From Cyanophora paradoxa CCMP329 (Eukaryota; Plantae; Glaucophyta), in the NCBI GenBank assembly GCA_004431415.1, contig QPMI01000526.1, forward strand, positions 124,001-188,000: a stretch of DNA of 64,000 nt, in the 5' to 3' direction. Positions within the stretch are counted from its first letter, which is position 1. Every line of letters starts with the position of its first letter. Position numbers and translations under genes: made by a program. Shown here piece after piece: positions 1 to 12,505 of this stretch. Below the pieces are notes generated by a model that did not search any database, was not told the DNA's origin, and worked only from the letters and a program-made list of their open reading frames with translations.

Positions 1-1370
1 ACTGGCGGGGGACTGGGCGGCTATTCAAGAGAAGAAGAGGGAGGTCCAGGACCCAGCTGCAGGCTATAGGGGGAAAGCAGCTGCAGGCTCGGCGGCTCTG
101 GCCCGGCGACTGTGGGGGCGGGTACGGGGTCCTCGGAGATGGGACGAAGGGCGGCGCGTCGGGCCGCAGGCTAGGGCGGACCCGGAGCGCGCCACGTGGG
201 CAGGGGGCGGCGGGAAGCCTAGGACGGCGGATGCCGGCGCCGTGGGGAAGAGAGGGGCGTCGGCAGGGTGGACCACGGGTACGGGTACGGCCGGGCTTGG
301 AGGAGGAAGGGGCAGAACATGTACAGACGCAGCGGCGCCGGCCGCGGCTGGACGCTGCGGCAACGGCCGGTTGACGCAGTGCACGTGAGAGGGCGAGAAA
401 GTTTGCCGCGAGGCCGCCGGGCGGACCTCGACGAACCTGCGGGTGCGTCGGCGGCCCCGGTCGCGAGGCGGGGGTACGTATACCCGGTGCCGCAGGCGGG
501 CCCGCGCACTCTTCGGAGGGGCGGGGCGGATGGCCACGGCCTGTCCGCAGTCTGCCTCGCAACAAACCAACGGCGCCCGGCGGCGCGGCGTCCGGAGGCG
601 CCGCCAACTCTTCCGCTCCAGCTGCAGGCGACGGTCCTGCATCCGAATCCGCTGTCGCATGTTCAATTCGAGGCCTAAGGAAGCCGCGGCAGGCGCGCGC
701 CTCCGCCCCCGTCTTCTCCTTAAGCTTCTCCCGCGTCGCCGCCAGTGCGGCCGCCTCTTCTGCCTGTACAAGTGCGAGCCGCCGCGCCACGTGCACGTGC
801 ACCCTATATAATATCATAGTATATAGCTAGCTATAGGCCTAGGCCTGCGAAAATATTAATCCCGTCGGGCCGGCGCCGCGCGGGACGGAGCCCGGCCCGC
901 GGATCGACTCCGGGACCGGGCCGGGGCGCACTCAGCGGCGATCGCGATATATCGATTGCGAGGGAGGCGGCGGCCTCGCGGGGCGAGTTTGCGGTCCGCC
1001 TCCCGCAGGCCCGGTCTCGAACTCCCGCTCGCGGACCGGACCGGAGGCCGGCGCCGCGTGCGAGCGGGATCTGCGCGGCGCCGGCGGAAGCCTCCAAGCT
1101 TCTCAGAGGCTCGCGGAAAGCCGGACGCAACAGCCACGTTGATCAAGCTCGAGCGCTGGGTCTCCGATCGCGAGGCTCCGCCACTGTATGTGATGATCAT
1201 GATCACTGGGTCTGCGCCACTACGTGTACGTCACTCGAGAACTCCAGCTACGAGCACGAGCTTTCCAAGTTCCCAACCACGGGAAGCTCGCCTCGCGAGC
1301 CTATTTTTACCAGATCGAGCGCATCTTGCAGGCGGAGACAGCTGCAGCTGCAGGCAAGATCGAGAAGCGC

Positions 1371-1556
1371 CAAAGGAAACTTTCCTCTGACCCAGAGGAA
1401 AGTTTCCTCTGGCCCTGAACATTGTACCCCCCTCCAGAGGAAAATTTCCTCTGATCGACCCAGAGGAAAATTTCCTCAGGCCCCGGGCACTGTACCCCCC
1501 TCCAGAGGACACTTTCCTCTAGCTGTCGCGGCCGGCCCACAGGACAATTTCCTCTG
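1371..1556. repeat. Array of six ~19-bp palindromes, consensus CAGAGGAAA(A)TTTCCTCTG
   Basis: Copies start at 1371, 1393, 1435, 1461, 1503 and 1538. Short and long spacers alternate, giving a ~68-bp higher-order duplication. Confidence 0.85.
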
Positions 1557-2162
1557 CAGCTGGGCGATCCGGTTACGCTCTCTTACCGCAGTACTCGCAG
1601 CACTAGTTCGCGTGCGACGCTCTCCGCCTTCGGGAGTGCAGCTGGAGCATCGCATGCGCAGAAGCTCTAATTTTGGCCGCGTGAACGAACGTTCATGAAC
1701 GGCCTGCCGCAGTGCAGCAGCACAACAGTCGCTCGATCAATCCGCGTGGCGGCCCTCGGGACCGTCGATCGCGACTGCGCATGCGGGGCCGTTCGAATTC
1801 GCGGGGCCTCGCGGGGCCGCAGGGTCACTAACTTAGTAAGTGCCGCCAGTGCAGCCGCTGAGCGGCACTCCAGTTCGGCTCCTTCGGCCTTCGCCAAGCT
1901 TTCAGCTAACGCGGGGAGCGTCTCGGTGCGGCACAGTCCGCTTCTTCTCTCAACGCCCTCTTCTAGATCTTAAGCTTCTCATATTATTAAGCTTTTGTAG
2001 GGGGTGCACGTGCACGTGTCCGTGAGCTTACGAGCGCCCCCAGAACTCGACCTGGGCCGCGAAAAGCCCGCCCGTACGTGGAGGGAGAGGGATATGGGTG
2101 GTTTGATAGTTTGCACACGAACGCCGGGGGTACATAGAGGCGAGGGTGGCCCGCCGCCGGCG

Positions 2163-5100
2163 CTAGCGCTCGGCCACGCGCCGCGCTGCGAGTATGACCC
2201 CGGAAGGGTCCACGTACACCGGCCGCGGGTCGGCCGGGTCCCACCCCTCCGGCCGCGCGGGCATGTACCCCTCCGGGACCGGGTCCCCCGGCCCCCGCCA
2301 GCCGGGCGGGGGCGGCCCGACGAAGAGGGGGCGGGCCCCAGGGGCCGGCCCCGGCCCGGGGGCGCCGGCCGGGCGCTTGGCTGTGGACGGCGCCGGCTCG
2401 CCCGCCTTCTCCCCCCCTCCTTCGTTCTCCTCGTCCTCGTCGTCCGACTCGCGGGTGCGCTTGAGCCGCCCGCGCCGCGCGGGGGTACCGGTGGCGGCGC
2501 CGGCCGACCCCATCGCCCCCGGCCCCGCCCCCGCCCCCGCCCCCGCCCCGGCCTTCGCCTCCGGGGTACCCGCATCGCCCTCGCTCGAGCTCTCCAGGTC
2601 GACGACTTCCGGGGCCTGGCCCCCGGATCAAATTGCGAAAGTGAGAAAAGGCTTATATGAGGGACGCCCTCATTCTTGGCTTAGAAAGGAAGAAAAAGGC
2701 TTATAAGGGACGCCTTGAGCCCTCGGAGTTCTTTACTAACTTCTTACTAAGTTATTGTTTACTAAGAAATTGGGGTTTTTCTGAAGGCGCACCGCGTCCG
2801 AGGGGCGCCGGGGTACGGCGGGGGTAGAGGACGAGGGGGGGGGAGAGGACGCCGCCTCCTTCGGCGCGGACGCCGCCGCCGACACGCGCGCCGCGGCCGC
2901 CGCGGCCGCCGCCCGCGTCGACCGGCGCCGGGGCGCCGCCGCCGATCCCGGCCCTTCCTCCCCTCCGCTCCCTGTGCCCCCCTCCTTCTCCTCCCGCGGC
3001 CGCCACTCCTCCTGAGGCGTACCCCTCCCTCAGGACGACGAACAGGGGTACGAGATGAAATTCGGACGGGTACCTCGTCCTCGTCCTCTTCCTCTCTCTC
3101 GCCCCCGCCCTCCTCCTCCGAAGACGAGGAGGAGCCGACCCACTCTGCTTCGCCCTCGTCGCTGCCGGTACCCCCCGTCCTCCGAGCCTTCGAGTTCCTC
3201 TGCGCCCGGGCGCCCTTCTTGCCCCGGCCGTCGCCGCTGCCCGTCTCCTCCTCCGTGGCCGCCTCCGACCCGTCCCCCGCCTTGTCCGTCGCTGCGCCCG
3301 GCCCCGGCGTGAGTAAGTGAGTGAGCCTTCTTAGATCTCATCGGGTGTTGCAAGGGTAGAATCTTTTAAGGCGAAAAGTCTTAGAATCGCGCGCACCCTT
3401 GGAGAAGTAATCCAGGATGCCGCCCGTAGACTTCTTGGCCGCCCTGCCCTTCTCCTTCTCCTTGCCGCCCCGGGGCTTGAGCACCTGGCGCGAAGGGGTA
3501 AGACGGGAGAGCGAAGGGGGCGGGGGGCCCGGGCCCGTACACGAAAACTCTAAAAGCTTAAGCACCTGGGAGGGCATGCGCTGGCTCTCGGACTCCTCCT
3601 CCTCCGCCCCGGCGCCCTCCAGACCCCCGATCACAGGCCGCACCAGGTCCGGGTCTGAGGGGGCAGCAGACGTCAAGCGGCGGCGGGCGGGCGGCGGGCG
3701 GGCGGCGGGCGGGCGGGCGGCGGGCGGCGGGGCGAGGCTCTGGCTCTGGCTCAGGGGGGAAGAGGGGGGGGAGGAGGGGGAAGGATGGGGGGGGGGGAAG
3801 GGGGCGGGGGGAAGGGGGAAGGGGGGGCTACCGAGGTCCTTGAGGCCGCGCTGGGCGTCGACCTCGAGCGTCGTCCCCGTCGCCCCGTTCAGCGTCGTCC
3901 TGCCCGGGGGCGCTCAATGAGACGTTCAAGGAAACAAGAAGACGACAAGCCGGGCGGGAGCTTCGCCCCGCCCGGGAGGGAGCGGGGACGCGGCGTGGCG
4001 GCTTGGCGGCTTCCTTAAACCTAGATCTAGATGTAGGGTATAAATCGCGCCGATCGCGAGCTCAGAGTGAAGCTTCCTTCAACCCAGATGCTTCCTTGAA
4101 GCGCCCAGATCTAGATGTAGGGTGTAAAGTCGATGCTTGTACAGGTCGCCCCCGAGGACCTCTTAGAATGCTGGGATCCTCTAGCCTCCCGCGGCGCAAC
4201 CGATGTCTTGTTGTCTAATTGTCTAAAACGTCTAATTGTCGAACGCTGAGGCTCGATTGGATCTACTGGATTCGAAAACGAAGGGGGAAAGCTCACCCGA
4301 GGACCTCGAGCTTGCGGCGGAGGAGGGGCCACACGACGTCGTCCACCGAGCCCCGCGCCAGCAGGAAGCGAACGTTCACCTGCGCTCAGATCTGATCTGA
4401 GCCGAGACGACGGGTGGCTCCAGAGGGGTCGGATCCAAGCTCGCGCGCACGGCGCTCTTCTGGCCGATGCGGTGCGCCCGGTCCTCCGCCTGCGCGATCT
4501 CCTGCGGGGAGCGTACGTATTGGGGGGTATTTAGATCTTAGAAGATTAGGGGTGATTTAAATCGAAGGGTCGAAGATCGATGAGGAGGATAGGCTCTGCG
4601 GAGGGGAGGGCCGGAGGGCAGGGGCGGCACCCCGGGGGTCCAGCGGAGCTCGGCAAAGACGACGTTCGACGCGCTGTGCAGCGTGAGCCCTGCGGCGGGG
4701 CGGCGGCGGGGGCCTCAGCGAGGATAGACGAGCCTCGGGCAGGAGGGGGCCCCGAGCGCACCGACGCCGGCGGCGGTGATGCCAAGGATGGCGACCTTGA
4801 CCCGCGGGTCCTTCTGCGCGGCGGGGGGCCGGGGCGGATCGGAGCTCAGGCGAGCGAGCCCCCGAAGAAAAGAGGAGGCCGTACGCGTCTCAGAGAGACG
4901 CTCGGAAGGAGGTTAGGGAGGAGAGCGTTTTGCGGTTCGATCGCAAGAGACGAAAGGCTTCTAGACGACTCGGGGGCGGTCTCTAGGTGCGTTGGCGCGC
5001 CTGGAAGCGCTCGGCGAGCTCCTGGCGCTTGGCGGGCGGCGTGCTGCCGTCGATGCGGATGAACTGCGCCTTCTCCCCCTGCGCGCGCCGTGCAGGGCTC

Positions 5101-8100
5101 AGCGTTAGGCAACAGAAGATCCGGACCGGTGGCGGGGCGAGGATCTAAGAGATGTAGAGGGGCGCGGAAGAGCCGAGGGGGAGCGGGGCTGGGCGGGGCG
5201 GGGCGGGACGAGCCTCGGGGACCTAAGAGATCTAGGGAACTAGATCTAGCGGGGTGCGGAGGAGACAAGGAGGGTCGGGGCGGGGCGAAGCGAGCCTCGA
5301 GGACGTTAAAGATCTAGGAAGTTAGATATTGCGTGCACGGGAGAGCCGAGGCGGGGCGGGGCGGGGCGGGGCTGGGCGGGGCGGGGCGGGTCGCGCCTCG
5401 CAGGCGTGCTGGATGCCGTCGAGCATGGCGGCGTGGTGCCCGAAAATCAGGAACTTCACGTCCGCCTGACGCGAACGAAGGTCAGGCGAGGGAAGGGGGG
5501 TAGCGGCGGGGGGGAGGCTAGAGGGGGGGAGCCCGGCTGGCGCAGGCAGAAAGACGGGGTTGGCGTGAGGGACGACGAGTCGGGCGGGCGGGCGCGGAAG
5601 GCTAAGGCTAGGGGGGCGGGGGGGGGGGGGGGGTACGGGGTCACCTCCAGGAGGTCCCGCACGTACTCCTGCACGATCTTGATCTTAGCGAGGCCAGTCT
5701 CCCTGCGGGGACGGTCGGGAAAGGCAAGAAAGGGACGGAGGAACGGATGGGATGAAGAGGGGAACGGATGGGTCCGAAAAAGCAAAGGAAGCAAGGGTGG
5801 GAGCGGGGCCAAAGGTGGCGGGGGAGGCCAAAACGGATCGGGAGGGGGGGGGAGGCGGGGAGGGGGGTACGCGCGTGTAGAGCTTCATGAGGAGCTGGCG
5901 CCGCTCGCCCGCGACCGAGTTGTCGCCGCCCTCGTCGCCGCCGTCGCCTGGCGGGGAGCGCGAATAAGAACACGCTCCGGGGCCCGCCGAGGGCGGCGCA
6001 TTCAACCATGTTCTTATGATCCTATGTTATTAGAAAGCTCTTGTTCTTGTTCTTCTAGTTAAGACGCTCCTAGGTCCCACGAGGGCATCTCTCTCAGGTT
6101 CTTATGTTAGTACTAAGGCTCTTATCGCGCTCCTGGGCAAGGGGACGAAGGCAGCCGAAGCAGCCCTGCTCTTGTCTCTGAGGTTCTTAGAAGGGGCGGG
6201 GACGCCCGTTAAGGTGCTCCTACGGTTCTAGTGCGCTTCGTTCCGGTCTCTAAGCTTAAGGCTCGTACCCGGGGCGGGGACGCCCCCCGCGGCGTCCATC
6301 GCATCTTAGATTATGTTTTAATTCTCCTCTGTCATTAATAAATATCTAAGGCTCGTACCCGGGGCGGGGACGCCCCCCGCGGCCCTAAGGCCGTCCGTCC
6401 ATCGTGTCAGCAGCCGCTGCGGCTCTGCCCTTATATCGTGCAAGGTTCTAATGCTATTCGTTCCTATGTTATGTGCAAGCAAGAGATCGCACCCGGGGCG
6501 GGGACGCCCCCCGCGGCGTCCATCGCGTCGCGGAGGCGCTTCAGCAGCGCGCGCTCCTTCGGCGGCAGGTCGAAGAAGATCTGGGGGGGGGGGGGGGGGG
6601 GGGGGGAAGCGGGGTGGGGCGCGGAGGAGCGTGGGGCGGAGCGTGAGGCGGGGCGGGGCGGGGCGGGCGGGGCGGGGCGGGGCGGGGGGGGAGGCGGGGC
6701 GGTGACAAGCTGTTCATTTAGGAGGAGGTTCGCTAACTCGTGTTCGGCCTTCAAATAATCTCAAGGGTCCTCGGAGAAGCGAACAGACCTGCTGCCGGCG
6801 CTTGGCGGGCAGCTGCCCTACGGTTCTATGGGTTCTTTAGCTTCTTTAGGTTCTTCTTAGGTTCCCCTTCTTAGGTTCTTTTAAGGAGCCTCGGAGGGGG
6901 CGGACTTGCTGGCGGCGCTTGGCGGGGAGCTGCTGGAGCACGTCGTCCTTCAGCCGCCGGATCTGCCCGGGGGCGGCGGGTTGGGGGCCGGTCGTGAGGC
7001 GCCGAGGGGGCGGGCACAAGGAGAGGACGTTAAACGTGTGTACCCCGCAGGTAACGGAGTCATCTTAAAGCAGCGCGGGGCGGGCGCGGACCATGATGGT
7101 GGGGCCGAGGAGACCTATATAGCTAGAGTCCATCTCGTCTCGAGGAATCTAATCCAGCTCTAATCTAATCTAAAATCTAATCTTGATGGGGAGCGCGGAC
7201 CATGATGGTGGAGCCGATCTAATCTAATCTAGCTCCTTTCATATCTAATCTAATACCAAGGAATCCAATCCAGTTTAAGGAAGACGCAGAAGGAAGGACC
7301 GCGGACCATGATGGTGGAGCCGAGCAGGGCATGGAGCTCTTCCAGGTTGGTGGCCCCCGAGTAGTCCCACCCGAACCCGTCGAAGTGGCCCCCGCAGTAC
7401 CGCACCTGCGAGTAGGGCGCGGGGCGGGGCGGATGTCGGAGGCGAGCGAAGGTAGACAGATAGCATGCGCAGCCCGCCCGACCGGGCGGCGCGGCGCGGC
7501 GGCGGTGCGCGCGCACCCCGAACTCCTTGAATTCTTTAAAAAGGCTTTCGTTTAGAAGTGCCTTCAGCTCTGGGACCTTTAACTTTCTTTAGGGCGCACC
7601 CCGTACTCTTTCTCTCTTTCTTTTATAGGACCCCAGGAACTTTCTTTTAGGGCGCACCCCGAACTCCTTGAAGTTCTTGAAGAGGCGCGGCTCCAGCGCC
7701 TGCAGCTGAGCGCACCCCGCGGGTCGGAGGACGGAGCAAACAGAACAGAAGGAAGCCCAGGGGTCTCAGGAACGGCTGCTTCTTCTTACCTGGGTGAAGA
7801 GCTCGGCGGGGCGGGAGAGCGCCGGGGTCCCCGTGAGCAGCAGCGCGTGCGCCGCGGCCTGCGCAGACGGGTCAAGGCGAAGAAGGGGGGGGGGGGTCAG
7901 AGGGCGTGGGAAGCTCAGCGGGGTACAAGAGAGCACCTCTAGGTCCGATCCGAGGCGAGCTAGAGGAGCGGCGCTTTCTAACATGACTATGCGGCGGTCT
8001 AGGTCCGGGCGGGGCGGTCTAGGTCAAGACAAGGCTGGGGCGGCGGCGGGGCAGCGGCCCGTTCTCACCGGCGGCGACGAGGGCGGCGGCGGGGCGGTCT

Positions 8101-11100
8101 AGGTCCAGGCTAAGGAAAACACGAGGGCAGCTCTAGATACCAGCGGCTGGGGCGGCGGCGCGTTCATTCTCACCTTGACGAGGGGCAGCACGGCCTTCGT
8201 CCGCTGGGCCTGCGGGCGGCGTGCGTCGGACGGGTGCCGACCGGCCAGGCGCCGGGGCGGGGGCGGGGCCTCGACGCTAAACAAAGCTAGAGCTAGAACT
8301 AGAACAGGAGCTAGCTTGAGCCGGCCAGCGGATGGATTCGATTGAGTCTCAGATTCTCAAGGTTCGGAGGTTTAAAGAGAGGTTCTAGTTCTATTACAAG
8401 GTTCTTAGATTTTCTTGGTTCTAAGAGGGGCGCACTTGGGGGCGGCTTAGCTTTAGCGGATGGATGCCGGCCAGGCGCTGGGGCGGGGCCTCGGCGCAAA
8501 AGGGAGCTAGGGATGCGGGGCCAGAGCGGAGCCAAGGATGGCCGGGCGGGGCGGGGCGGGGCGGGGCCGGGGCGGGGCCGGGGTGTGCGCCTAGAACCGA
8601 AGCTAGCGTGAGCTAGCTTAAACTAAAGGGGCTGGGGCACGCGCCTTGACGTTCTTGAGGTAGTGGGACTCGTCGCAGATGACGAACCTGCGGCAGGCGA
8701 GGGCGAGGGCGAGGGCGGCGGGTCAGCGGGCGCGCGAGGAGGCCGGGAGCGACCCTAAGGTGCGCCAGGAGGCTTCGATGCCGCGCGTGACGGGTGCTCA
8801 AAACGGGCGCGGCTCAGCTAGCCGCGCGGAGGGGTTGGCGCTCAAAACGTTCTAAAACTAGCCTTCCCCCCCCCCCCCCCCCTTCTCCCCGCCCCCCGCC
8901 CCCCCCCCCCCTCGAGCGCACTTGGGGGCGGCGGCAGCGAAGTCGGCGGCGAGGCGCGTGACCAGGTCGTAGCTCACGATCGTCACCAGCGCCCCCTGTG
9001 CATGCCGCGCGGCAAGCGCGCGTCAGTCCGCGGCGCATAGCTCCCCGCTGTCTCTCTAGACCTCTTTAGGTCGTCGACCGTTAGGGCCTCTCTAGCTCTC
9101 TTCAGGAGTTGCTCCTTCGAGCCGCACCTTGCGGATGCCGTCCTTGGTCTTCGTGATGATGTGGAAGTCGTCCTTCCGAAGGTACGGCAGCCAATCCAGC
9201 ATCTCCTGGGGGGGGGCATTTGGGGGGGGGGAAGGGAGGAAGGGAGGGGTAGAAGGGGGGGAGGGGGGTGCGCACGTCGCGCCAGTTGAAGCGGACGGAG
9301 GAAGGGCAGATGACGAGGAGGGGCCAGTCTGCGGTGGGGCGGGAGGGGTACGTGCATCAGGCGTGAACCGAGGGCGGGGGGGGCGAGGGCGGGGAGGAGC
9401 TGCGTCTATACGATATCTGTCCCCCCGCGCCGGCCGGCCCTCGCGCTGGGCAGAGGCGGCGGGGCCAAGGCGGCTGGGGGCCGGCCGCGCCGCGGGCGGG
9501 CCGCGAGGGTCGCTCTAGGAGGCTGGCAGGGCCCGGGGCCACGTCTTAGGGCCACGGCCCTCCGAGCCTCCCAAAAGAGAGGAAGGGGAAAGGAGGGAGA
9601 AGACTTGTGGGGGCGGGTGAGGGCGGCGCGGGGCCCGCGGGGTCTCGGGCGGGCCCCCCGCGCGCCGCGGCCCCGGCGGGGTACTGGCCCCGCCCGCGTC
9701 GATGTCGGGAGCCGGTTAGAACGCGGCCGCGAGCCTTCACGGGCCGCGCCGAAAACTACTCCCCGCAGAACCGAACGGAGGAAAGGAAAGGGGACGTGCG
9801 CGGATCCGAACCGGCGCGGTGGACGGCCGCGATGGCGATCGCCTGGACGGTCTTGCCTGCGCGGGTTCGGGTTCGGGGGCGGGCGTTTCGAGCGGGGCGG
9901 GTTCGGATCCGCACCGAGCCCCATCTCGTCGCCGATGAGGCACCGCGCGTTCCGCTGGAGGGCGTACCTGGGGGGTACGTTATCAACAAGAGGGGTACGC
10001 GACCGGGAGGGGGTACACGAACTCGATGCCGGCGCGCTGGAAGGGCATGAGCTTGTCGAGGAGCGTCTTGGGGAGCTTCTGAAGCATGTCTGGGGTACCG
10101 GGATCAGAGGCGAGGAGGTGCGGTGTTGAAGAGAGGGGTACCGGCGACTGGGGAGGGCGGGACCGGTGCGGACGACGAGGAGGAGGACGAAGAGGAGGGG
10201 GGTACGGAGGAGACGAGGGGCTTGGCTTCCTGTACGCCGGGTCAAGGTTCGGAGGGAAGAAACGCGCGCCAGCCGGGTACCTGGATTCGCTTGACGACCT
10301 CGGGGGGTATCAAGTGAATCTCGGCGCCGGGGATGCGGCGGCACGCTTCGACGAGGGCGTTGTAGCTGCGCGAGTAGCTGTACGTCCAAATCTTCTTCTG
10401 GGCGTCTGCGCCGGCCGATCGCTTGGCAGCGGGCGCGGGGCGCGGGCGGCGGGGCGGCGCGGGCACCCCAGGCGCGGGTCGGATCATGCTGCTCCTTGAA
10501 CGTGCGCACGGTCGGTTCGTGATAGATGTTCGAGCTGGCGGCGAAGCGGTCCGGGCCGAGCATCTGCGCAGGCCGCGCTGTTGGCGGGAGAAGGCGCGTG
10601 CAGGCGGGACGCGCGGGCCTGGAACGTGATCTGAACGGTCACGCGGCCTCCTGCCTGTGCGGTCTTAGGCGAGCCTCCGCCTGCGCCCATCCACGCGGGC
10701 AGCGTGCGACCGGGGCTCCCGGCCGCGGCAGCGCTCCCAACCGCGCTGCTGCGGGGGCCCGCGGCGCCTCCGGGCCATGCGCCTGACTTCCGCGGGCTCG
10801 CCTGCGCCGCCGCATGCAGCGTCAGGCGCTGTGCGAGCGCTCCTGCGTCCTGCAAAGTGTACCGAAGTTCGAATGGGCTCATCGCCCCACTGGAACTGGT
10901 CGCACGGCGTGCAGGTGTAGAAAGGGCGACCCCTGCGCGTGCGGAGAGCTGCGTGAGCTCGGGGCGATGCGGGTGCTGCGTGAGCTCGGGGCGATGCGGG
11001 ATGACTAGTCGGGGCTCGCACTGGTTCTTTCCCTCCTTCTTGACATACAACAGCGGTCGAGGCTTCTTGCAATTCGGGCACGGCTCGAAGGGCTTCGGAG

Positions 11101-11116
11101 GGCCCGCGCCCGACAT
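2163..11116 (-). CDS. SMARCAL1: SMARCAL1/ZRANB3-like SNF2-family annealing helicase with N-terminal GRF zinc finger and HARP-like region (multi-exon)
   Basis: Spliced exons give CPNCKK..NQGRPFYTCTPCDQFQW (GRF), LMPFQRAG, CLIGDEMGLG/KTVQAIA, DWPLLVICPSS, IVSYDL, VICDESHYLKN, LLLTGTPALSRPAELFTQ, NLEELHALL, RRLKDDVLQQLPAKRRQ, KFLIFGHH, IRIDGST, GLTLHSASNVVFAEL and QAEDRAHRIG. The 3' end is approximate. Confidence 0.88.
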
Positions 11117-11195
11117 CGCTCGCAACTTGTACCCCCCGGCTAGTTGCTGAGCTGCGAACGAAGGGAGGCGCCGCAGCTCTGGATCTAGATCTCCA

Positions 11196-12023
11196 ATGCG
11201 CGCGCCGGAGGAAGTCGTCGACATTCTTGGACGGCAGCCTGTGCCGGACGACGTCGCTTCAGGCGACGAGTACGGAGAACCCCACATCGTTGTCGACTTC
11301 GACGAGGCCGCCATTCAGGCTCGCCGCGATTCTGCGAACAACTTCGCGCACCGCGACTTGATTCCAGCGGACCCAAAGCGCGAGATAGCCAACGCTCTCG
11401 CTCTGCACGGCGGTCGTCTTGTCTCGAGCTCGAGCGCTAGCTCGCAAATGATCTTCTCGTTCGCCTCGGGGCAAGAGATCGAGGTTCGCGCGCTATCGCC
11501 CGCAGTTAGCCCGGCCCCGGCCTCGACCGCGGGCGCGCGCGCGTACGCGCGTGCGCGTACGCATAACGCGCGCGCGCGCGCGCGCGTACGCATACTTCGA
11601 ATTCACCCCCCGGCCCTTCTCCCTTCACCAGGACGCCCTTCACCGAATGCTGGAGGACCACAACCTCATCTGGGCCCGGAAAGCGGCTGGTTTTCCTGAC
11701 GTCGCGCGGGTAGTCGAGTTCAGAGCAGGTTCGCCGGCGCCGCGTGATTCTGCACGTTTCCGTTTAGTTTTGAAATGGTGCTCGAATTCGAATAATTCTT
11801 GATCGATCGATATCATGAATTGATCCGCTTCGTCGGCATGCGCAGTACGGGACGAGGCGCCCGAGACCTTGTCACTCAGGGCGCCGTTCAACGTGTAGGC
11901 CTCTCCAGGCATCGAGCAGCCCTTGGGCTTAATTATAAGCCCAATCGATATCTTGATCACGATCAGTTCATGCATATGCGCGCGCCGCCGCAGCTGCAGG
12001 CCGGGCAGTATCATGAATCATGA
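11196..12023 (+). CDS. Hypothetical protein, divergent from SMARCAL1
   Basis: ATG lies 80 bp from the SMARCAL1 ATG. Coding-like segments MRAPEEVVDILG..., DALHRMLEDHNLIWARK and YHELIRFVGMRS are separated by intron-like stretches. No family recognised. Confidence 0.3.
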
Positions 12024-12505
12024 TCAACTGGCCTTTGAGCTTGATCATGTCGCGCTTCAAATTCGCGATTCAAAGTTGTTGGCTCGCTGCATGAGTCATG
12101 ATCAGCGGCTGCAATAGGAATGTAGACCGCAGGGGGGCTTCGCTGTCGCGAGTGAATGACAGCACTAATAGAAGCCAGGCGAAACTATATGCAATATATT
12201 CGCTTGGCTTCTGACCGCTTGGCTTCTGACCTTCACTAATAGAAGAGTATATAGCCGCACCAATAGATCTAGAAGCCGCGAAACCGGCATTTCGCAATTC
12301 AATAATCGCAACTAAACCAGTCCCTGCAAATAATACTCGCAGCTGCAGAATCCCGAGAATGGATCACGTGAAACTAATTGCAAATGCCACAGCAGGGCCA
12401 AACTGAAGTTGAGAAATCTACATATATAAAGCGAACGACTGTACATGGAAAGCCATACGCAAATAGGACCAACTAATAATAACAGCGCAGAAGGCGCTGC
12501 GTCAC

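Noticed and set aside
1-1370. Long ORFs such as 64-771 and 268-678
   Set aside because: No recognisable domain; long ORFs arise by chance at this GC content.
1371-1556. CRISPR array
   Set aside because: Spacers are 3-23 bp and duplicated, there are no cas genes, and the context is eukaryotic.
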